Assembly: GCA_949293905.1 (NCBI GenBank)
Contig: CASFFG010000002.1
Coordinates: 114,511-178,510, forward strand
DNA length: 64,000 nucleotides
Direction of reading: 5' to 3'
DNA from: an uncultured Christensenella sp.
GTDB lineage: Bacteria > Bacillota > Clostridia > Christensenellales > UBA1242
Shown here: piece after piece, positions 37,134 to 46,138 of the stretch
Layout: every line of letters starts with the position of its first letter
Position numbering within the stretch: position 1 is the stretch's first letter
Position numbers and translations under genes: made by a program
The notes under the pieces: model-generated
Told to the model about the DNA's origin: nothing
Database searches by the model: none
What the model saw: the letters and a program-made list of their open reading frames with translations, nothing else

Positions 37134-38288
37134 TTAGACTAATAATGATTTATATAGCGCCTTTATGTCCTTTTCGCTAGTCTCCCTAGGATTACCGCCA
37201 GTGCAGACATCGATATATGCGTCATGACTTAATGAGTCCAAATCTTTTGCTTTGATACCGAAATCACTTAGTGATGTTGGAATTGCCACCTTTTTAGCGA
37301 GCGCCTTTACTTCCTTAACCGCGCGTTTTACGCACTGATCGTCCGTCATTTTTGAAGTATCCACACCAAAACTCTCAGCAATCAAGCGATATTTAGGCTT
37401 TGCGCTCGACTCTGCGTTATACTCCATAACAGTAGGGAGTAGCATAGCATTCGCTGTACCGTGCGCAATATCAAATTGTCCACCCAATGCGTGTGCCATA
37501 GAGTGCACAATCCCCAGTCCAACTGCACTAAATCCCATGCCGACAATATATTGAGCATATGCCATTTTTTCACGGGCAACCATATCGTCCCCGTTTTTGT
37601 ATGCAAGCGGTAAGTATTTTGCAATAGTGCGAATGCTTTCCAATGCGAACATATCGCTAAACTGAGTGCTACCCTTTGTGATTAAACTCTCAATCGCATG
37701 AGTTAGCGCGTCCATACCAGTACTTGCGGTGAGCGACTTAGGCATAGTACGCATAAGTTCAGCATCAACTATCGACATAATAGGAATATCATGCGGGTCA
37801 ACGCATACGAGTTTACGCTTTGTTTTCTCGTCCGTAATCACATAGTTGATAGTCGTCTCAGAGGCCGTTCCGCTAGTCGTTGGAATTGCGATTAGTGGGA
37901 AACATTTGTTTTCCGTATCTACCGCACCTTGAAGACTCACGACATCTTTATGCTTCTTGTTTTCGCGAATTATTGCGATACCTTTCGCTGTATCGATGAC
38001 ACTACCACCACCAACGGCAACAATAACCTGCGCGTGAGATTTCTTTAATGCGACCAGCCCGTCCTGCACATTTTTTACAGTAGGATTTGGTTTAATGTCG
38101 CTATAAATTGTGTAATTAAATTTTCCGTCGAGTAAACTCGTAACCTTATTTAATACACCAGTTTTAATAATCGTTGGGTCGGTCACAACCAATACTTTTT
38201 TAAATTTTCTTTTCGCGAGTTCGTCCGGCAAACAGTTACGCGCATCTTTGCCGAGATATACGCACTCATTAAAAATATATCTTTCCAT
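37134..38288 (-). CDS. iron-containing alcohol dehydrogenase (FucO/4-hydroxybutyrate dehydrogenase-like)
   Basis: GGGSVIDTAKG, the histidine cluster HAIESL...HSMAHALG and a length of 384 aa. AGGAGG RBS. Confidence 0.9.
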   Translation of the reverse strand: MERYIFNECVYLGKDARNCLPDELAKRKFKKVLVVTDPTIIKTGVLNKVTSLLDGKFNYTIYSDIKPNPTVKNVQDGLVALKKSHAQVIVAVGGGSVIDTAKGIAIIRENKKHKDVVSLQGAVDTENKCFPLIAIPTTSGTASETTINYVITDEKTKRKLVCVDPHDIPIMSIVDAELMRTMPKSLTASTGMDALTHAIESLITKGSTQFSDMFALESIRTIAKYLPLAYKNGDDMVAREKMAYAQYIVGMGFSAVGLGIVHSMAHALGGQFDIAHGTANAMLLPTVMEYNAESSAKPKYRLIAESFGVDTSKMTDDQCVKRAVKEVKALAKKVAIPTSLSDFGIKAKDLDSLSHDAYIDVCTGGNPRETSEKDIKALYKSLLV

Positions 38289-38544
38289 TACCCCTCCTAA
38301 ATTTACACATAATTTAATATTTCCTTAATTAAATTACATATAATTAAATTGACATTATAATTATAAACTTTTTTGCTCGCATTTGTCACATGATTTTGAC
38401 CAATTTTTTAAATTATTTTTTGTTGCTTGATTTATGTTTTACTTTGAATTTTTACAATTAAATACTATTTTATTTTTTATAATTCATATTTATAATTCTA
38501 TTTAATTTTAAAATTGAAATAATAAAAAATAGGAAAATAAATTC

Positions 38545-39057
38545 CTATCTTTCAACTTTAAAACGAGTATTACAATACGGGCAAAAATCGAAGCCATCGA
38601 ACGACTCCATTTTCCCACCACAATTTGGGCAATGATTTTCGACTGGTTTTAATTTTTCTTTCTTCTTAGGTTCGTTTTCAACTAATGTTTCACCGTCAAA
38701 ACGATAGCCCATGATATATTGTCTTTTTATTGCCGTTGTCACTCTATCTTTCGCCACCTTTGGACTTATTTGTAACTGCTTAGAAATCTCGCTAACCGTT
38801 TCAATCTTTTCAATTAAAACTGCGTCCACAACGCGTTTAATCGCAACCATACTCCCATAATGCATCCATGCAATAGGAGTACCATAGAATCCTACTACAA
38901 CGCACGCTATGGCAAGACCTAAAACAACCCATATCTCATTTACCGCACCTACGACAATAAGCGGAATGCCCGCTACGAATGAGACTGATAAACATATTGA
39001 TAAAATCAATGCGTCTGATTTATCTTTATCTAATTTTGTTTTAATTTTTTCACTCAT
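38545..39057 (-). CDS. membrane protein with C-terminal HTH-like segment and zinc ribbon
   Basis: Two N-terminal TM helices. VSEISKQLQISPKVAKDRVTTAIKRQYI (HTH-like). CPNCGG...CPYC zinc ribbon at the C-terminus. Confidence 0.55.
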   Translation of the reverse strand: MSEKIKTKLDKDKSDALILSICLSVSFVAGIPLIVVGAVNEIWVVLGLAIACVVVGFYGTPIAWMHYGSMVAIKRVVDAVLIEKIETVSEISKQLQISPKVAKDRVTTAIKRQYIMGYRFDGETLVENEPKKKEKLKPVENHCPNCGGKMESFDGFDFCPYCNTRFKVER

Positions 39058-39063
39058 ATTATA

Positions 39064-39092
39064 ATTATATTAAAACTTGATAGGTTTGTAAA
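39064..39092 (-). promoter_or_regulatory. promoter, leaderless configuration
   Basis: Minus strand: TTTACA (39092-39087), 17-nt spacer, TATAAT (39069-39064), 6 nt, ATG at 39057. Confidence 0.55.
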
Positions 39093-39271
39093 GGAAATTA
39101 AAAATTTTAATTTATAAAATTCCAATTTCAAAAAAAATTAAAAATTTTAATAAAAATACTAAAAAATATGTAATTTTTGATTAATTTTTCTATATTTTTA
39201 AAATTTTTACGATTTTTTATTAGTATTGCTAATTCATTTTTGAATTAATCTGTAAAGTTATAAAAATTTAG

Positions 39272-39300
39272 TTGATACAAAAGCATAATTTTATTAAAAT
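39272..39300 (+). promoter_or_regulatory. promoter, leaderless configuration, of the TraX-family gene
   Basis: TTGATA (39272-39277), 17-nt spacer, TAAAAT (39295-39300), 6 nt (ATTTAT), ATG at 39307. Confidence 0.6.
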
Positions 39301-39306
39301 ATTTAT

Positions 39307-40047
39307 ATGCATAGTTTAACGCGAACAAGTTTGAAATATATTGCTTTAATCTGTATGCTTATCGACCATATTGGCGCAATAATTGGTCGCGAATTTTTTG
39401 TGTCAACAAACCTACTTTGGTTATACTACGTTTTTAGAATAATTGGACGAATTGCTTTCCCAATTTTCGCATTTTTCTTGTCAGTTGGTTGGCAACGCAC
39501 ATCAAATAAAAAGAAATATGTTTTAACAATTTTATTATTTGCAATCATCACTCAACCGATTTACTACTTCGCACTGAATACTAGTGTTTTTAGTTTAAAT
39601 ATTTTGTTCACATTCTTAGTTTCTATTTTAGTTTTTTATCTCATAGACTTGTCAAGAAAGTATAAGGATATGCGATTTTTATACATCATATTTATAGCCG
39701 TAATTCTATTATCTATTTTCGCTTTTGAAACGCTTGGAATAGTTTTTGATTACGGAATTTATGGTGTATTAATTTGCACAATTTTCTATCTTTTCTATGA
39801 TAGCAAGATTAAATATTCTCGACTAGTTATGTGGATATTATTTTCACTTATCACGATTATATATTGCTCAATAAATTTAATTTCAAATTTTATTTTTGAT
39901 TCTGTCCTTCAAATCTTCTCGCTTTTATCAATCATACTGCTCGTTTTCTATCGCGGAGAAAACGGGAAGAAGACGAGCAAATATCTGTTCTATATATTCT
40001 ATCCTGCACATATCCTCGTAATATATTTAATCAGTCTTTTAATCTAA
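39307..40047 (+). CDS. TraX family membrane protein
   Basis: LKYIALICMLIDHIGAII N-terminal motif typical of TraX. Polytopic membrane protein. Confidence 0.7.
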   Translation: MHSLTRTSLKYIALICMLIDHIGAIIGREFFVSTNLLWLYYVFRIIGRIAFPIFAFFLSVGWQRTSNKKKYVLTILLFAIITQPIYYFALNTSVFSLNILFTFLVSILVFYLIDLSRKYKDMRFLYIIFIAVILLSIFAFETLGIVFDYGIYGVLICTIFYLFYDSKIKYSRLVMWILFSLITIIYCSINLISNFIFDSVLQIFSLLSIILLVFYRGENGKKTSKYLFYIFYPAHILVIYLISLLI

Positions 40048-40248
40048 TTCTTAACTATAAAATTTGAATATAAACGATTTGAATTTTTTTGGTTACTTTA
40101 TATGAAAAATTTAAATATTAAAAATTGACAAATCTAAAAAATTACATAATCCTAATAAAATTGAAAACAAAATTGCTTATTTGAGATAAAAATTCGGCTA
40201 ATTTTCATATTAAATCAATTTATTTAAGAAAAAATTTTTAAAACTATA

Positions 40249-40277
40249 TTGCAAAATTTAATAAAACATTGTATAAT
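40249..40277 (+). promoter_or_regulatory. promoter of the DUF2188-like gene (conventional leader)
   Basis: TTGCAA (40249-40254), 17-nt spacer, TATAAT (40272-40277). A 22-nt leader carries an AGGAG RBS. Confidence 0.6.
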
Positions 40278-40299
40278 TAAGTTAATTAGGAGATGAGTT

Positions 40300-40587
40300 A
40301 TGGCAAAAGAAGAAAAAGTTTTGAATAATGAAACTGCAAAAGTAACTTCCAACGAGAAGACTACCACAACTAAAAAAGAAGACTCTAAGAAGACTAAAAA
40401 ACCTATTTATCGCGTGTTATACAACAAGGAAGACCGCACTTGGATAATAAAAAAGGACGGCGCAAAACGCACCATCGCTTCATTCGTTACCAAAGATGAA
40501 GCAATCTCACGCGTTAAAGAATTATCCACAACTAATGACATGAACTACATAGTCCACAAAAAAGACGGAAAATTCCAAAAGAAGTAA
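40300..40587 (+). CDS. DUF2188-like small basic protein
   Basis: YRVLYNKEDRTWIIKKDGAKRTIASFVTKDEAISRVKEL resembles the DUF2188 core. Confidence 0.6.
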   Translation: MAKEEKVLNNETAKVTSNEKTTTTKKEDSKKTKKPIYRVLYNKEDRTWIIKKDGAKRTIASFVTKDEAISRVKELSTTNDMNYIVHKKDGKFQKK

Positions 40588-40658
40588 AATTTATATGTGC
40601 CGTGTTTTTTCACGCAATTTTCTTTCAATTAATTACTATGTCCATTTAAATTATCTAT

Positions 40659-40691
40659 TAAAAAAATCGACCAGTTAAAGTCGGTTTTTTT
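40659..40691 (+). terminator. rho-independent terminator
   Basis: AAAAAATCGAC (40661-40671) pairs with GTCGGTTTTTT (40680-40690), including one G-U pair. Confidence 0.75.
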
Positions 40692-40786
40692 ATTTCTCGT
40701 ATGACATAAAGTGAACCTTACAAGGTATCCACTTTTAAAGTTAACTTTATTTACATGAACAACTTAATAATATTAAAATTTTATTT

Positions 40787-41529
40787 TTAAAGATTTGAAT
40801 AATCTATTAATTCAATGTCATTGAATAATCCTAAATTTTTTGCTTCTTTTAAAATATTTAACTCCTTATCTCTATCTAAATAAGATGTAATCGTTTTAGT
40901 ATATTCATCAATATATCCAGGGTGAGATAACAACTCAATAATTAAATTTGTTTTAGAATATTTCTCAATAAATGATTTTAAATTCTCAATATTTACATTT
41001 TTTATTGAAAATTCGGTGTAAAACAAATCTGGTTTCTTTATATCAAAATCAGCGGAATAATCTTCGTGTCTAATTGGAAGATTAAATTTTTTTGCGACAT
41101 CATATACGGCTTTCTTAATTATTTCATTATCGCCCAAATGATGGTGGCATGTTATATGATTAAGTTTGAGTCTACCCCCCCCGTTAACTTACTATATTTT
41201 TCAACTTGTTTTATCTGCGCCATAATTTCATTGTAGACAGATTCATAGGTAAGATTAGGATTTTCAATCTGTTTTCTATTATACAAAAAATTTCCGTTTT
41301 CATCAGTTAAAGCCGCGTTCTCTATCGCAGGTTTTCCAACAGTTAAATTGATATGCAAACCGACACTTTTCAAGTTATTTTCAATTGCCTTTTCAACAGC
41401 ATATTTCGCATACGGCATATTTGCCATTATGTTGGTAGAAGTGATATATCCGCCCTTTATGCCTTCAATTATTCCGTCCGTGATACTTTTACTCAATCCA
41501 AAGTCGTCTGCTTCTATAATTAATCTCAC
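40787..41529 (-). pseudogene. YdjC/ChbG-family carbohydrate deacetylase interrupted by a frameshift in a G8 tract
   Basis: The N-terminal ORF (MRLIIEADDFGLSKSITDGI...) stops just after the homopolymer at 41175-41182 (C8 on plus, G8 on the coding strand). The other frame continues with LKLNHITCHHHLGDNEII, the family HHH motif. One extra G (G9) would restore a single ORF. Confidence 0.75.
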
Positions 41530-41541
41530 TTTTGTCTCCTT

Positions 41542-41895
41542 TTATTTCTCGTCTAGTACCATAGCGGTAACTTTTGTGTATGCGCGAGTGAGCCCACCTG
41601 CGCCCAGTTTGATTCCGCCAAAATATCTAACGACCGCAACCAAAATATTGTTAAGCTCCTTTTTCTTAATCACATTTAAAATTGGATATCCCGCCGTACC
41701 CTTAGGCTCTCCGTCGTCACTACATTTTTCGCTAACTATCTCACGATTATAGCAATACGCGTAACACACATGTCGCGCTTTTTTGTGTTCCGCACGCAAA
41801 TTTATGATTAACTTTTCCACACTATCTAAATCGTTCAATTCATAAGCGTAAGCAATAAATCGCGACTTGTTTACAATAAGTTCACTTGTTTTCAT
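41542..41895 (-). CDS. yigZ: IMPACT/YigZ family protein (N-terminal UPF0029 domain only)
   Basis: KSRFIAYA, ARHVCYAY, SDDGEPKGTAGYPIL and VVRYFGGIKLGAGGL motifs. At 117 aa it lacks the usual C-terminal domain. Confidence 0.8.
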   Translation of the reverse strand: MKTSELIVNKSRFIAYAYELNDLDSVEKLIINLRAEHKKARHVCYAYCYNREIVSEKCSDDGEPKGTAGYPILNVIKKKELNNILVAVVRYFGGIKLGAGGLTRAYTKVTAMVLDEK

Positions 41896-41901
41896 TACTT
41901 T

Positions 41902-41930
41902 ATCTTAGCACAAAATAAAAGTTTTAGCAA
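41902..41930 (-). promoter_or_regulatory. promoter, leaderless configuration, of yigZ
   Basis: Minus strand: TTGCTA (41930-41925), 17-nt spacer, TGcTAAGAT (41910-41902), 6 nt, ATG at 41895. Confidence 0.5.
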
Positions 41931-41976
41931 TCAATATAAATAAATGGGTTTACTTTGCACTTTGCTAAATTTTGAA

Positions 41977-42012
41977 ATAAAAAATCTCCTAATTAACTAG
42001 GAGATAATTTTT
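41977..42012 (-). terminator. rho-independent terminator (bidirectional shape)
   Basis: ATCTCCTA (41984-41991) pairs with TAGGAGAT (41998-42005). Flanked by A- and T-runs. Confidence 0.75.
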
Positions 42013-42013
42013 A

Positions 42014-42637
42014 TTAAGGTTTTAGTCCTTCATTTAATTTTATAGTTTCAAATTCACTACAAAGTAGCCCTTCATGCAATTTAAAAATTTTTGCTAAGTC
42101 ATATTTTAAAAAAGTTTTATTATAATAATCATCTTTAAAATACCCCTTTATATCTTCACCTTTAACTAGCGCACGATAAGCCATTTCAATCTTTTTATCT
42201 TTTAAAGGGTCAAACCCGTCAAATCTTATTGAATAATCTTTTTCGTTCACTATTGCTTTTAAAGTATGTATAGTATCTACCATACTTCTAGCGCTAAATG
42301 GACTTTTTGCAATATTTCTACAATGCAATTCTATTTTATCAACCTTTCTTGAATAATCTTGCATGTCATCTCCAAATTCCATGTCTGTATTCGCCTTTTC
42401 TTTAATTGAATTTTCTATATCATTTAAATCTACTCCTAGGCGAGTTAAAGCGCGGAAAGACAAATCATAAAAATATGTAATAGAATCTACTAAAACATTC
42501 TCCTTCTTCCAAATATTTAAATTTGAATAGTATTTAATATCAAGTTTTAAAATTACACCATCGTCCGTTACAACATGGTCTAATTCAACCGCTTTTCTCT
42601 CATTCTCGTTTACTTGTTCATTTGCTATTTCTACCAT
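42014..42637 (-). CDS. hypothetical protein (207 aa)
   Basis: ORF with AAGGAG RBS and its own terminator. No family recognised. Confidence 0.5.
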   Translation of the reverse strand: MVEIANEQVNENERKAVELDHVVTDDGVILKLDIKYYSNLNIWKKENVLVDSITYFYDLSFRALTRLGVDLNDIENSIKEKANTDMEFGDDMQDYSRKVDKIELHCRNIAKSPFSARSMVDTIHTLKAIVNEKDYSIRFDGFDPLKDKKIEMAYRALVKGEDIKGYFKDDYYNKTFLKYDLAKIFKLHEGLLCSEFETIKLNEGLKP

Positions 42638-42760
42638 ATTTTCTCCTTTGCGAGCACACTGAATGCACTTTTTATACGCGTATTATATCATAGATTTAAA
42701 ATTTTGCAATAACTAAATTAAAAAAACCACTATTTAAAGTGATTTCATTCAGTGAATTTT

Positions 42761-43855
42761 TTATACATTAAATTTAAAGACTATGATATCCCCGTCTTGA
42801 ACAGCATAATCTTTCCCCGCGCTTATAACTTTACCCTTTTCGCGACAAAGATTGTAGTCGCCAAGTGAGATTAAATCGTCGTATTTCACAACATCTGCGC
42901 GAATAAATCCGCGTTCAAAATCGGTATGAATTTTACCTGCTGCCTGTGGAGCGAGAGTCCCGCGCTTAATCGTCCATGCACGCACTTCCTTTTCTCCCGC
43001 TGTAATGAAACTTATAAGCCCGAGCAAATGATAACTCGCTACAATCAATTTTTCAAGTCCGGACGCATCAATGCCGAGTTCTTTCTTAAACATCTCCCTA
43101 TCTTCGGGCGACATATTGATGAGTTCTTCTTCCGTCTTTGCGCATAGTGAGATTACTTCTGCGTTTTCTGTTTTCGCGATTTCTTCAATCTTTTTAATAT
43201 TCTCGGTTTGGAAATCGTCCAATTCATCACTCGTGTTCGCCACATAAATCACAGGTTTTGTTGTGATAAGGAAAAAACTATCTACTATCTTTTTCTCTTC
43301 CGCGTCCGTTTTAAGTAGTCTTGCGGGCTTGCTATCTTTAAGTAGGTCGAGAATTTTATTTAATAATTCATACTCCTTTTGAGTAGTTAAATCCGCTGAA
43401 CCACCATGTACGATTTTTTTAATTTTATCAAGTCGTTTTGTCACACTATCGATATCCGCTAAAATCAACTCCAAATTTATAGTTTCAATATCTCTTAGCG
43501 GATTTACGCTTCCGTCTACATGGATAATTTTATCATTTTGGAACACTCTCACAACATGGACTATTGCGTCAACTTCCTTAATGTGCGACAAAAATTTATT
43601 CCCAAGTCCTGCACCTTCGCTTGCGCCTTTCACGAGGCCTGCGATGTCCACAAATTCGATTTGTGCTGGGATAATTTTATTGGTTTTATAAAGTTCGGCG
43701 AGTTTATTGAGTCGTTCGTCCGCGACATCAACAACTCCCACATTCGGCTCAATCGTACAAAACGGATAATTCGCACTCTCCGCTCCCGCTTTTGTTATTG
43801 CATTAAAAAGGGTACTTTTCCCCACATTCGGTAATCCTACAACTCCTAATTTCAT
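42761..43855 (-). CDS. ychF: ribosome-binding ATPase YchF
   Basis: GLPNVGKSTLFNA P-loop, 364 aa, with a TGS-like C-terminus. Confidence 0.95.
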   Translation of the reverse strand: MKLGVVGLPNVGKSTLFNAITKAGAESANYPFCTIEPNVGVVDVADERLNKLAELYKTNKIIPAQIEFVDIAGLVKGASEGAGLGNKFLSHIKEVDAIVHVVRVFQNDKIIHVDGSVNPLRDIETINLELILADIDSVTKRLDKIKKIVHGGSADLTTQKEYELLNKILDLLKDSKPARLLKTDAEEKKIVDSFFLITTKPVIYVANTSDELDDFQTENIKKIEEIAKTENAEVISLCAKTEEELINMSPEDREMFKKELGIDASGLEKLIVASYHLLGLISFITAGEKEVRAWTIKRGTLAPQAAGKIHTDFERGFIRADVVKYDDLISLGDYNLCREKGKVISAGKDYAVQDGDIIVFKFNV

Positions 43856-43931
43856 TTTTGTTTCCTATCTTGTCCTTATAATAATATTTTGTTTTTTAAT
43901 GCTTTAATATTGCATTTTAATTTTTTGCAAT

Positions 43932-44189
43932 TTACCAATTAAATGTATCGTTATTTTCATCTTCCACTTCATTGTCATTTTTTGAAGTTTGTGAATCATA
44001 TCTTCTTTTTTCTATTGGCGGGCCGATAATACTCGCGCGCATAAATCCACCTTCTCTTTCCGCGTGTTTTCGCATTTCCGCCCATTTTTCTCTCTGCTCA
44101 GGGGTTAAATTTTGTTTTTCTTTTTCTCGCTCTTCCAACATTTTCTTTCGTCTATAACTATTTGAACTTTTTTCTTCCCAATTAAACAT
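43932..44189 (-). CDS. small highly charged hypothetical protein (85 aa)
   Basis: Start set to ATG 44189 behind AGGAGG. Driven by TTGTCA-17-TGcTAAAAT. The sequence begins MFNW and ends TFNW and is K/E/R-rich. Confidence 0.55.
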   Translation of the reverse strand: MFNWEEKSSNSYRRKKMLEEREKEKQNLTPEQREKWAEMRKHAEREGGFMRASIIGPPIEKRRYDSQTSKNDNEVEDENNDTFNW

Positions 44190-44208
44190 ATTATTTCCTC
44201 CTAACACG

Positions 44209-44237
44209 ATTTTAGCACAAAATAAATATTTTGACAA
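44209..44237 (-). promoter_or_regulatory. strong promoter of the 85-aa gene
   Basis: Minus strand: TTGTCA (44237-44232), 17-nt spacer, TGcTAAAAT (44217-44209). Followed by a leader with an AGGAGG RBS. Confidence 0.6.
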
Positions 44238-44439
44238 TATGTATTTTTTATTTTTTGTGACAATATAATATTAATGAAAGATTTTGTCTTAAAGCGTGCG
44301 AGTTAACGAGTACTATTTCAAGCAAAATCAGTGTTGATTCAAGCATATTGTGGCGAAGGCGCAAGCATTCTAAAAATTTTATGTCGATAAAATTTTTAAA
44401 CACATAGTTTATATTATACCAAATCAAGGGAATTTTCAA

Positions 44440-45186
44440 GTGATTGAACTATTAAAGTATATTTTCATAGGGTTTATACAGGGAATTACCGAATTCTTGC
44501 CAGTGTCTAGTAGCGGACATATTGTACTTTTTGCAGACCTATTTAATTTGGACAACCTTATTTTAATTAGTGTCGTAGCGCACATTGGGACGCTGTTTGC
44601 CGTAATATTTTGTTACCGTGAAAAGATTTTCTCGCTCGTCCGCCACCCGTTTAATAAGACAAATTTAAATTTGATAATTGCGACTATTCCAACTGTTTTA
44701 ATCGTCTTAATATTCAATCGTTTCATAGAAGATAATTTTTCCACTAAAACTCTCATTTGGGGATTTTTATTCTCCGCAATTGCTCTTATAATCGCCGATT
44801 TAAAGCGGACAGGCAATAAGCCGATAAAAAAATCTAGCGCGCTATACATGGGACTTGCACAAGGGATTGCGATTTTGCCGGGGATTTCTAGAAGCGGATC
44901 TACACTCGTGTGCGGACTACTCGCGGGAGTTGAAAAAAATGAAGCTCTGGACTTTTCATTCCTAATGAGCATACCTATAATACTTGCCAGTGCGGTTTAC
45001 GAAGGAATTAAATTATTTAAGTTGCAACTCACGATTAATTGGCTGGGAATTTTCGTCGTCATGATTTCGTCCTTTATCTTCGGCATATTATCAATTAAGA
45101 TTATGTTAAAAATCGTCAAGAAAAACAAACTATATTATTTTGCAATCTATCTAATAGTATTAAGTTTAATATTGCTATTATTTTAA
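44440..45186 (+). CDS. uppP: undecaprenyl-diphosphate phosphatase
   Basis: GFIQGITEFLPVSSSGH and PGISRSGST motifs. Eight-TM protein with a GTG start. Confidence 0.9.
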   Translation: MIELLKYIFIGFIQGITEFLPVSSSGHIVLFADLFNLDNLILISVVAHIGTLFAVIFCYREKIFSLVRHPFNKTNLNLIIATIPTVLIVLIFNRFIEDNFSTKTLIWGFLFSAIALIIADLKRTGNKPIKKSSALYMGLAQGIAILPGISRSGSTLVCGLLAGVEKNEALDFSFLMSIPIILASAVYEGIKLFKLQLTINWLGIFVVMISSFIFGILSIKIMLKIVKKNKLYYFAIYLIVLSLILLLF

Positions 45187-45305
45187 ATGTTATTTTCCTC
45201 CATTTCGGTTTAAAATTATTAATGAAAATGTCTAAAGTGCTATTTGTTTAAATATTAATATGAAGATATAATAAATAATGGATAAACAATTTAGCCACTA
45301 CAAAA

Positions 45306-45345
45306 TTTAAAAAACTCACTTGTAATAAAAGTGAGTTTTGTTTTA
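45306..45345. terminator. bidirectional rho-independent terminator
   Basis: AAACTCACTT (45312-45321) pairs with AAGTGAGTTT (45329-45338), followed by a T-run. It lies between convergent genes. Confidence 0.8.
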
Positions 45346-45411
45346 ATTTAAATGTACTTTTATTTTACATTAAACTCTTATTTTTTCTTCCCTAAGTTTT
45401 AACTCGGTTTG

Positions 45412-45951
45412 TTATTCCTTATCTTCCGTGTCTTGACTAGGTTTATTCTCTTCAACTGGAGCGGTGTCTTCCGCCGTTGTATTTTCACTGTTTGTATTCT
45501 CAGTGCTTGCTTCACTTGCGTTGAGTTTTGCAATTCGCTTATTCTCTAAACTTAAATCAACGATGTATAGCACACCCGATGCAATTAACATTCCGCCTAA
45601 GATGAAATCTAAAATAGAGGTAAATCCCCATATGGAAATCAATCCAAGTAATATAGCGAACACTGTAAGAGTAACCGTCCTGTTTCTACCTTTCTTCCAC
45701 TCTTCCGCACTTCCTTTGTAATATTTTAACATACGCGAAGTATTTACAATTAATGCAATGTACGCGATTAATAAAATTACACAACTAAATAGCACTATAC
45801 CGCCAGTGGTAACACCTGAGATAGTACCCTCACCTATCGTCCCCGCACTAATCATAATTGCGACGATGAGCGCATAAACCGTGCTAGCACAAAGTATAGC
45901 ATAAGCCACGAGCGAGAGTATAATACCAACAAATGTACATCTTCTTTTCAT
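45412..45951 (-). CDS. hypothetical polytopic membrane protein with acidic C-terminal tail
   Basis: Four to five predicted TM helices. AAGGAG RBS. No family recognised. Confidence 0.5.
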   Translation of the reverse strand: MKRRCTFVGIILSLVAYAILCASTVYALIVAIMISAGTIGEGTISGVTTGGIVLFSCVILLIAYIALIVNTSRMLKYYKGSAEEWKKGRNRTVTLTVFAILLGLISIWGFTSILDFILGGMLIASGVLYIVDLSLENKRIAKLNASEASTENTNSENTTAEDTAPVEENKPSQDTEDKE

Positions 45952-46138
45952 AAAAATCTCCTTTTTATTATGAAAGCATGCTTAACAAAACACAAGTTAT
46001 CTATATTATATATTAATATTAACAATATGGTCGAATTATGTCAAGAAAATTTAATGTCATTAAAAATATGAAGATTTTATAAAACGATTATTGATAGGTT
46101 TTAAATAAAATTGCTTGTATAATTACTCAAACTCAAGG

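Noticed and set aside
42715-42760. Possible terminator hairpins downstream of ychF
   Set aside because: Only 4-5-bp stems with unsuitable loops could be drawn, which is not convincing.
44238-44439. About 200-bp region upstream of uppP as a possible riboswitch or leader, and the 63-aa antisense ORF 44248-44439
   Set aside because: I could not find a convincing conserved fold, terminator/antiterminator pair or known riboswitch motif. The only features are a short direct repeat (TTCAAGCA twice) and weak promoter matches. The ORF has no RBS.
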